In this document: one piece after another, positions 22,692-32,794 of the stretch | Layout of the letters: every line of letters starts with the position of its first letter | How positions within the stretch are numbered: position 1 is the first letter of the stretch | NCBI GenBank assembly: GCA_040954595.2 | Contig: CM082583.2 | Coordinates: forward strand, 838,542 to 902,541 | Length of the DNA stretch: 64,000 nucleotides | Reading direction: 5' to 3' | DNA from: Balanoglossus misakiensis | Taxonomy: Eukaryota; Animalia; Hemichordata | Notes under the pieces: generated by a model | The model's input: only the letters and a program-made list of their open reading frames with translations | The model's database searches: none | What the model was told of the DNA's origin: nothing | Position numbers and translations under genes: made by a program

Positions 22692-24753
22692 AATTGTTCT
22701 CAAAAATTGCACAGACAAGTATTACATATACAACAGGCTTATTGCATCAAAACTAGAAAAACAAATAAACATGGAAACAAATTGGGTTATATTTGTCCCA
22801 GACAGAAATCTATGAACGGTTATGAAATCTGGCGACTTCTTGATGAAGTTTCTTTTAATTTCTGTAGTAAACTTAACTGTCAAAAGTTGTTTATTTTATC
22901 ATACCTTATTCAAATGTGAAATATCATAGTCGAAATTGGGGCATTATAGTGAAAAAATGTAAAATTACAGTTTATAAATTGGTTGGTAAATCGGAATAAA
23001 TCATGTAAATTTACATGAATGTCATTAGAAAGAAAAGTCAAAGTTCAAATAAAGAGTTCAATCAAATTCATGGAGATTCCATGACAGTGTATATCATCTG
23101 TTACATTTCTTTTTGTTCTTTTCTAAATTATGTTGAACTCTCTTTTTTTCAGCTTTTCAACATATTCCAGTGCATTATTATGACACAGTTGCGTTTTGAC
23201 TGTTGCTGAAAAAGGTCTGCAGACTTGTTCCTAAATTTACCACTTTAGGTGCAAACATTATACATGAAAACAAGAACACCACATCTAATTGAAATGCAGG
23301 TGTCCATAGAAACCAACCAATAATGTAATCAACCCATGTTTTTTCAGCTGTGTCACTATCAGTTTCACTATCTGTAGGCTCATAAAACAAACAGCTATGG
23401 ACTCCCAACAGGAACCCAACTTGGGTTAACATTTGAACAGTAAAAAATGACCTATACCTCCCTGAACTGACTATTTTCTGTTCCCAAACTAAATTCCTGA
23501 ACAAAATTTCTTGTCCGTTTACAAATTGCAGCCACTTTTCCAAGGAGTACCAGTTAGATTTCCACACAGCCAGCCAGCGAACTCTGACCCTCACCCAAAA
23601 TGGACATTCAGTTAACTTCGTGCGAGCGCCATATTAGCATATCAATAGCAATCATTTCAAGTTGAGAACTTTCTCTGTGGATGATCGGCTGAAATACGTA
23701 AACTAACCAGAGAATTTGTTCACGAAAAGAGTTTAGGAAACAGTAAATTAAAAAAGATAACACAGACGAGACAGTGGATTCGCAGGAAACTAGCGGAAAA
23801 GACTAGCAAACGAACATAACTGTTCTTACCTTCACTACAACTTCGCTCCACAAGTTCTGTTTGCAGTGGTGAATTGTTCTCAAAAATTGCACAGACAAGT
23901 ATTACATATACAACAGGCTTATCGCATCAATACTAGAAAAACAAAAAACATGGAAACAAATTGGGTTATATTTGTCCCAGACAGGAATCTATGAACGGTT
24001 ATGAAATCTGGCGACTTCTATGACTTGATGAAGTTTCTTTTAATTTAATTTCTGTAGTAAACTTAACTGTCAAAATTTGTTTATTTTATCATACCTTATT
24101 CAAGTGTGAAATATCATAGTCGAAATTGGGGCAAACATTATACATGAAAACAAGAACATCACATCTAATTGAAATGCAGGTGTCCATAGAAACCAACCAA
24201 TAATGTGATCAACCCATGTTTTTTTCAGCTGTGTCACTATCAGTTTCACTATCTGTAGGCTCATAAAACAAACAGCTATGGACTCCCAACAGGAACCCAA
24301 CTTGGGTTAACATTTGAACAGTAAAAAATGACCTATACCTCCCTGAACTGACTATTTTCTGTTCCCAAAGTAAATTCCTGAACAAAATTTTTTGTCGGTT
24401 TACAAATTGCAGCCACTTTTCCAAGGAGTACCAGTAAGATTTCCACACAGCCAGCCAGCGAACTCTGACCCTCACCCAAAATGGACATTCAGTTAACTTC
24501 GTGCGAGCGCCATATTAGCATATCAATAGCAATCATTTCAAGTTGAGAACTTTCTCTGTGGATGATCGGCTGAAATACGTAAACTAACCAGAGAATTTTT
24601 CACGGAAAGAGTTTAGGAAACAGTTATTTAAAAAAAGATAACACAGACGAGACAGTGAATTCGCAGGAAACTAGCGGAAAAGACTTGACAAACGAACATA
24701 ACTTTTCTTACCTTCACTACAACTTCGCTCCACAAGTTCTGTTTGCAGTGGTG
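22692..24753. repeat. Tandem duplication (22692-23871 and 23872-24753) of the 5' region of the BTB gene
   Basis: Both copies start AATTGTTCTCAAAAATTGC and end GCAGTGGTG. Copy 1 has ~300 bp extra (~22943-23250). Each copy has a minus-strand AAG|GTAAG donor (23829, 24711). Confidence 0.9.
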
Positions 24754-24776
24754 ACTGCGCATGCTCAGAAAATCAG

Positions 24777-25082
24777 AGAAAACGCCGATGCGAGAAAACT
24801 CTTTAGCTGAAACGCCAATGCGCATGTGTAGAATGCCGGCGCGACAAAACTCTCCAGAAACGCCGATGCGAGAAAACTCTTTAGCTGAAACGCCAATGCG
24901 CATGTGTAGAATGCCGGTGCGACAAAACTCTCCAGAAACGCCGATGCGAGAAAACTCTTTAGCTGAAACGCCAATGCGCATGTGTAGAATGCCGGTGCGA
25001 GAAAACTCTCCAGAAACGCCGATGCGAGAAAACTCTAGCTGAAACGCCAATGCGACAACTCTGTAGAAACGCCGATGCGAGA
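24777..25082. repeat. 78-bp tandem repeats built from GAAACGCC(G/A)ATGCG submotifs; putative subterminal repeats
   Basis: About 3.5 near-perfect units, decaying into shorter motif copies towards 25201. Confidence 0.9.
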
Positions 25083-28000
25083 ACTCATCAAATCACCGGT
25101 TGTGATTTTGTCGGCGCCGGTAGAATGAGTAAAGGTGTCGGCAAAAATTTGGTTGTTACCGGCATTTTAGATTACGGCGTCGGCACCCAATGTGCGTCAT
25201 ATTTTCAGCATATGCGTTCCTATCATTTGTCTATGGACTTTACCCATGTATTGAGAGAAGTTGTCGGGGGTCCCCAACGGCTTTCCATAGTCTGTCATGG
25301 TGTGCCGGGGTTTTAGTCGAGCCAGGCCGTAGGAGATCTGACTTGATCATCGTGGTCAATGTACGCGTGTTTCCGCTCTAAAGTGCCGGGGCTTCAGCTA
25401 AACCAGGCCGTAGGAAATCCGACGTAATCATCGTTGATAACTTACGCCAGTCTGTGTCATATAGAGCCGGTGCACCAGCCGAGTCACGCCGTAGGAAATC
25501 TGACTTGATCAACGTGGTCAATGTACGCCTGTTTCTGCTCTAGAGCGCCGGGGCTTCAGCTGAGCCAGGCCGTAGGAAACCCGACGTGATTACCGTTGTT
25601 AACTTACGCCAGTCTGTGTCCTATATATAGTGCCGGGGCATCAGCCGTGTCAGGCCGAAGGAAATGTGAGTAGATCAACGTGGTCTCTGTACGCGTGTTT
25701 CTGCTCTAGAGTGCCGGGGCTTTATCCAAGCCATGCCGTAGAAAATCTGACTTGATCACCGTTGCTAACGTACGATAGTGTCTGTCATATTGTGACGGAG
25801 ATTTAGCCGAGCCAGGCCGTAGAAAAATCGACTTGTTCAACGTTACCAGTGTGCAACTGTTTCTGCTCTAAAGTCTCAGGGTTTTAGCCGACTTATGCTG
25901 TAGGAAATCTGAGTTGATGAACGGGAATTCAATGTTAGAAAACCCGTGTGGAAAGTATCTCTACCCGTTTGAAACTAAGAAAAGAATTAATTCTTATTTA
26001 TTTTGTAAAAAAGACAATTTTTCGAAAAAAATTCGAAAATGGTAATTTTGTCTTGGGTGATTCAAATTATACCGCCTTTTCTGGAATTTGCAGCACTTTT
26101 TACAAGAGAACGACACTTCATGCTCCATAATATTTCCGAAAATGAAGAAAAGAGTTAATTTTTTATGATTTTTTTAAAAATTTACCATTTTTGTCAAAAT
26201 ATGGCCAAAATGGCTATTATTTCTTGAATTCCGTCAATATCTCTGCATTTTTGGAGTGGTCGAAAGTTTTAACATACAATCAACATGTCATATATGATCA
26301 GGGCACCAAATTCGAAGATAAAAGGTTTTTTAATTTTTTTTTTCTAAAAATGACATTTTCAAGGAAAATTTTGTAAAACGCAATTTTGTCTTCAGTGAGC
26401 CAAATTAGACGGTCTTTTGTGGAATTTGTATCGATATATACATACGAAGAGCATTCTATACTCCATCAGATTTCCGAAAATGTAGAAAACAGGTATTTTT
26501 TGTAATTTTCAAAAAATTACCATTTTGACCAAATTGTGGCTAAAATTGTTATTTTCGTGTTGAATGCCGCCAGTGTCACTGCTTTTAAAAGTCATAAAAA
26601 CTTTTAACATACAAGCAATTGTTTATATATGATCAGGTCACCGAATTAAAAAAATAAAGAATGTTTTGCCTAAAAATGACCTTTTTGGTGCAAAAACGCA
26701 ATTTTGTATTAAATCAGCTCATTCAGAGTGCATTTTTTATAATCAGCACCATTTTTACATAAAATGGAAATTTCATACATCATCAGATATCCAAATATGA
26801 AAAAATGATTTAGATTTTAGATGATTGTCCAAAATTAGCTGATATCTAATAAATGTAGTATTGAACCGTTCTGTCCCCCCCCCCCCCTACATTATATGCG
26901 GTACGCCGATGTAAGCTTACCCGGCAGTACTGCAGGCCGTGCCCCCAACTAACGTCGGTGTTTGAAACGCCCTGGTTAAATTCGGGCTTTCTCTATAAAT
27001 TGACAGGCAATAATGCAGTCCTACCCGAACAAATGTCGAGTGTTGACCCGCTGTGACTTTCCCTCTTCGGTTTGCCCGACTTAGCTAACGTCTTTGTACT
27101 AGAGTGTCGGGTCTTTTGCAGAGCCAGGCCGAAGGAAATCCGACTTGATCACCGTTGCTAACGAACGCTAGTGTCTGTCATGGTGTGCCGGGGTTTTAGT
27201 CGAGCCAGGCCGTAGGAAATCTGACTTGATCAACGTGGTCAATGTACGCCTGTTTCTGCTCTAGAGTGCCGGGGCTTCAGCTGAGCCAGGCCGTAGGAAA
27301 CCCGACGTGATTACCGTTGTTAACTTACGCCAGTCTGTGTCATATATATAGTGCCGGGGCATCAGCCGTGCCAGGCCGAAGGAAATGTGAGTAGATTAAC
27401 ATGGTCTCTGTACGCGTGTTTCTGCTCTAGAGTGCCAGGGTTTTAGCCAAGCCAAGCCGTAGGAAATCTGACTTGATCAACGTTGCTAACGAACGCTAGT
27501 GTCTGTCATAGTGTGCCGGGGTTTTAGTCGAGCCAAGCCGTAGGAGATCAGACTTGATCAACGTGGTCTCTGTACGCGTGTTTCTGCTCTAGAGTGCCGG
27601 GGCTTCAGCTGAGCCAGGCCGTAGGAAACCCGACGTGATTACCGTTGTTAACTTACGCCAGTCTGTGTCCTATATATAGTGCCGGGGCATCAGCCGTGCC
27701 AGGCCGAAGGAAATGTGAGTAGATCAACGTGGTCTCTGTACGCGTGTTTCTGCTCTAGAGTGCCAGGGCTTTAGCCAAGCCATGCCGTAGGAAATCTCAC
27801 TTGATCACCGTTGCTAACGTACGCTAGTGTCTGTCATATTGTGACGGAGATTTAGCCGAGCCAGGCCGTAGAAAAATCGACTTGTTCAACGTTTCCAGTG
27901 TGCAACTGTTTCTGCTCTAGAGTGTCAGGGTTTTAGCCGACTTATGCTGTAGGAAATCTGAGTTGATGAACGGGAAGTCAATGTTAGGAAACCCGTGTGG

Positions 28001-31000
28001 AAAGTATCTCTACCCGTTTGAAACTAAGAAAAGAATTTATTCTTATTTATTTTGTAAAAAAGACAATTTTTCGAAAAAAAGTCGAAAATGGTAATTTTGT
28101 CTTGGGTGATTCAAATTATACCGCCTTTTCTGGAATTTGCAGCACTTTTTACAAGAGAACGACACTTCATGCTCCATAATATTTCCGAAAATGAAGAAAA
28201 GAGTTAATTTTTTATGATTTTTCAAAAATTTACTATTTTTGTCAAAATATGGCCAAAATGGCTATTTTTCTTGAATTCCGTCAATATCTCTGCATTTTTG
28301 GAGTGGTCGAGAGTTTTAACATACAATCAACATGTCATATATGATCAGGGCACCAAATTCGAAGAACAAAGGTTTTTTTATTTTTTTTTCTAAAAATGAC
28401 ATTGTCAAGGAAAATTTGGTAAAACGCAATTTTGTCTGCAGTGAGCCAAATTAGACGGTCTTTTGTGGAATTTGTATCGATATATACATACGAAGAGCAT
28501 TCTATACTCCATCAGATTTCCGAAAATGTAGAAAACAGGTATTTTTTATAATTTTCAAAAATTTACCATTTTGACCAAATTGTGGCTAAAATTGTTATTT
28601 TCGTGTTGAATGCCGCCAGTGTCACTGCTTTTAAAAGTCATAAACACTTTTAACATACAAGCAATTGTTTATATATGATCAGGTCACCGAATTAAAAAAA
28701 TAAAGAATGTTTTGCCTAAAAATGACCTTTTTGGTGCAAAAACGAATAAAACGCAATTTTGTATTAAATCAGCTCATTCAGAGTGCATTTTTTATAATCA
28801 GCACCATTTTTACATATAATGGAAATTTCCTACATCATCAGATATCCAAATATGAAAAAATGATTTAGATTTTAGATGATTGTCCAAAATTAGCTGATAT
28901 CTAATAAATGTAGTATTGAACCGTTCCGTTCCCCCCCCCCCTTACATTATATGCGGTACGCCGATGTCAGCTTACCCGGCAGTACTGCAGGCCGTGCCCC
29001 CAACAAACATCGGTGTTGGAAACGCCCTGGTTAAATTCGGGCTTCCTCTATAAATTGACAGGCAATAATGCAGTCCTACCCGAACAAATGTCGAGTGTTG
29101 ACCCGCTGTGACTTTCCCTCTTCGGTTTGCCCGACTTAGCCAACGTCTTTGTACTAGAGTGTCGGGTCTTTTGCAGAGCCAGGCCGAAGGAAATCCGACT
29201 TGATCACCGTTGCTAACGAACGCTAGTGTCTGTCATGGTGTGCCGGGGTTTTAGTCGAGCCAGGCCGTAGGAGATCTGACTTGATCATCGTGGTCAATGT
29301 ACGCGTGTTTCCGCTCTAAAGTGCCGGGGCTTCAGCTAAACCAGGCCGTAGGAAATCCGACGTAATCACCGTTGATAACTTACGCCTGTCTGTGTCATAT
29401 AGAGCCGGTGCACCAGCCGAGTCACGCCGTAGGAAATCTGACTTGATCAACGTGGTCAATGTACGCCTGTTTCTGCTCTAGAGTGCCGGGGCTTCAGCTG
29501 AGCCAGGCCGTAGGAAACCCGACGTGATTACCGTTGTTAACTTACGCCAGTCTGTGTCCTATATATAGTGCCGGGGCATCAGCCGTGCCAGGCCGAAGGA
29601 AATGTGAGTAGATCAACGTGGTCTCTGTACGCGTGTTTCTGCTCTAGAGTGCCAGGGCTTTAGCCAAGCCATGCCGTAGGAAATCTGACTTGATCAACGT
29701 TGCTAACGAACGCTAGTGTCTGTCATAGTGTGCCGGGGTTTTAGTCGAGCCAAGCCGTAGGAGATCAGACTTGATCAACGTGGTCTCTGTACGCGTGTTT
29801 CTGCTCTAGAGTGCCGGGGCTTTATCCAAGCCATGCCGTAGAAAATCTGACTTGATCACCGTTGCTAACGTACGCTAGTGTCTGTCATATTGTGACGGAG
29901 ATTTAGCCGAGCCAGGCCGTAGAAAAATCGACTTGTTCAACGTTACCAGTGAGCAACTGTTTCTGCTCTAGAGTGTCAGGGTTTTAGCCGACTTATGCTG
30001 TAGGAAATCTGAGTTGATGAACGCGAATTCAATGTTAGAAAACCCGTGTGGAAAGTATCTCTACCCGTTTGAAACTAAGAAAAGAATTTATTCTTATTTA
30101 TTTTGTAAAAAAGACAATTTTTCGAAAAAAAGTCGAAAAATTGCAATTTTGTCTTGGGTGATTCAAATTATACCGCCTTTTCTGGAATTTGCAGCACTTT
30201 TTACAAGAGAACGACACTTCATGCTCCATAATATTTCCGAAAATGAAGAAAAGAGTTAATTTTTTATGATTTTTCAAAAATTTACTATTTTTGTCAAAAT
30301 ATGGCCAAAATGGCTATTTTTCTTGAATTCCGTCAATATCTCTGCATTTTTGGAGTGGTCGAGAGTTTTAACATACAATCAACATGTCATATATGATCAG
30401 GGCACCAAATTCGAAGAACAAAGGTTTTTTTATTTTTTTTTCTAAAAATGACATTTTCAAGGAAAATTTGGTAAAACGCAATTTTGTCTGCAGTGAGCCA
30501 AATTAGACGGTCTTTTGTGGAATTTGTATCGATATATACATACGAAGAGCATTCTATACTCCATCAGATTTCCGAAAATGTAGAAAACAGGTATTTTTTG
30601 TAACTTTCCAAAAATTACCTTTTTGACCAAATTGTGGCTAAAATTGTTATTTTCGTGATGAATGCCGCCAGTGTCACTGCTTTTAAAAGTCATAAAAACT
30701 TTTAACATACAAGCAATTGTTTATATATGATCAGGTCACCGAATTAAAAAATAAAGAATGTTTTGACTAAAAATCAGCTCATTCAGAGTGCATTTTTTAT
30801 AATCAGCACCATTTTTACATATAATGGAAATTTCATACATCATCAGATATCCAAATATGAAAAAATGATTTAGATTTTAGATGATTGTCCAAAATTAGCT
30901 GATATCTAATAAATGTAGTATTGAACCGTTCTGTTCCCCCCCCCCCCTACATTATATGCGGTACGCCGATGTCAGCTTACCCGGCAGTACTGCAGGCCGT

Positions 31001-31622
31001 GCCCCCCCCCCCCCCCCCCCCAACTAACGTCGGTGTTTGAAACGCCCTGGTTAAATTCGGGCTTTCTCTATAAATTGACAGGCAATAATGCAGTCCTACC
31101 CGAACAAATGTCGAGTGTTGACCCGCTGTGACTTCCCCTCTTCGGTTTGCCCGACTTAGCCAACGTCTTTGTACTAGAGTGTCGGGTCTTTTGCAGAGCC
31201 AGGCCGAAGGAAATCCGACTTGATCACCGTTGCTAACGAACGCTAGTGTCTGTCATGGTGTGCCGGGGTTTTAGTCGAGCCAGGCCGTAGGAGATCTGAC
31301 TTGATCATCGTGGTCAATGTACGCGTGTTTCCGCTCTAAAGTGCCGGGGCTTCAGCTAAACCAGGCCGTAGGAAATCCGACGTAATCACCGTTGATAACT
31401 TACGCCAGTCTGGATGGAGGGCGCTAGAGTCAGCCATCTACGGAAGCAGATTTCTAGCACGCTCAGAGTTTTCATCGTTTTTTCACGTGAAATCGGTGAA
31501 TTTTGTGGCGAAACTGTAGGTATATGCTTTTGGATAGATACTTGCAGCTAACTCGAGAGCAAAGAAGCATTTTGATTCTCAGAAGAAAGACATTTTGCTA
31601 GTTTTCGTGGTCTCGAGCAAGC

Positions 31623-32794
31623 ATGGCCGTCAGAGACAAAGCCAGTTATGCGCAGGTGGTGACGACCAAACGCCTGCAAGACAAAGACGGTGAAGTAGGA
31701 GTTCTACCCGTCTTTCTGAAGCAGTCGGACATAGTTCCCAGGGACAGTAATCAATGGCTAAGAGGTGAGGAAATTATAGCAGCCGTTTCAGAAGTTGTCA
31801 CCATCGGCAGCTTGGAAGGGTTGCAACGGATAAGAGGTCTGTGGCGTATTGATATGAATGACGAAGCAGACCGGACAATTTTGTTACAACATGGACTCAC
31901 ACTACGCGGGAAGTCGATAGAGCTGTGGGGCGAAATCCCTTCCGAAGAGAGTTTCATGAAGATTGGTTAAGATTAACGATAAAAGATCTACCATTGTCAC
32001 ACGATGATGATGCTATTGCCGCTACACTTACTGGTTTGGGCTGTAAGCTCAAAACAGATATATCCAGACAGAAATGGAGGTTAGAAGGCAAGTTGACAAA
32101 CATTCTTAATGGGGATCAAACTGTGTTCATCGAAAAACCAAAGACACCATTACCAGCTCAGGTTAAGATCGGTGCATTTTACGCGAAGATTATTTATAAG
32201 CAATCCACAGCGGAGACGCAGCCACGATGCGGCAAATGCTTAGAGGAGGGACATACTGCGTACAATTGCACTGGACAAATCAAATGCAGACTCTGTAAAA
32301 GAGAGGGGCATATTGCAAGAAATTGTATGACTTCTCAGGTACACGAAGAATTAACGTCTCAGTCCACCAAATACACAATGCAGAAAAGGTCTACGAATCC
32401 TGCCGATGCGGTATCGAGACTAGAAAGTGACAGCACACCGTTACAAGGAACATCCAGGCGTGAAACGGGGGACGAAGACCGTGTTGAGAAACCGCAAAGT
32501 CTGGCAAACAAAGCACCTGAGCCCTCGAGCTCGAGCGTTAAATCACAAAGCTCAATTTTAGCGTTCTTAAAAGAGAACAGAGACGATAGACAAAACGATA
32601 CTAGTGTCAGTGAAGGTGATGTAACGGATATTGAAGGTGGCGAGGACCGGCGTTATGACACATCAAGAGAAAATTTCTCTGAATTGTCTGCTGAATCGCC
32701 ACCACTGTTGTCATTGACCCAAAGCAAAGAAAATAAGAAAAAACGTAAAAGAAGACGAAAGCAGCAGCAGCAAGTCAGAATCAAAGGCTACTGA
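31623..32794 (+). pseudogene. Tx1 ORF1 (two CCHC zinc knuckles), frameshift near 31930
   Basis: SYAQVV start, GLQRIRGLWRI, LTIKDLP, CGKCLEEGHTAYNC, CRLCKREGHIARNC, basic tail. Split into two ORFs. Confidence 0.88.

Larger units (their letters stand above)
7889..25289 (+). mobile_element. Putative large IS3EU-like DNA transposon (right part; left end outside the window or lost)
   Basis: Transposase plus convergent second gene, subterminal-type repeats, and a ...GGCTTTCCATA end at 25289 that joins macrosatellite sequence mid-subrepeat. Confidence 0.55.

Noticed and set aside
23178-24475. 138-aa and 88-aa minus-strand ORFs in the tandem duplication
   Set aside because: Non-ATG starts, a frameshift between the copies and no recognisable domain; probably intronic.
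24628-25050. Repetitive ORFs on both strands (RENSLAETPMRM..)
   Set aside because: Open only because the 78-bp unit is a multiple of three; no splice or domain support.
25290-25925. ~80-bp periodic repeats resembling a CRISPR array
   Set aside because: No unique spacers: the whole unit repeats with variation. No cas genes; eukaryotic context.
26914-27065. Resemblance to U1 snRNA (CTTACCCGGCAG; GTGTTGACCCGCTGTGACTTTCCC)
   Set aside because: The two patches are ~125 nt apart versus ~75 in U1. The U1-70K loop, U1A loop and Sm site are absent.
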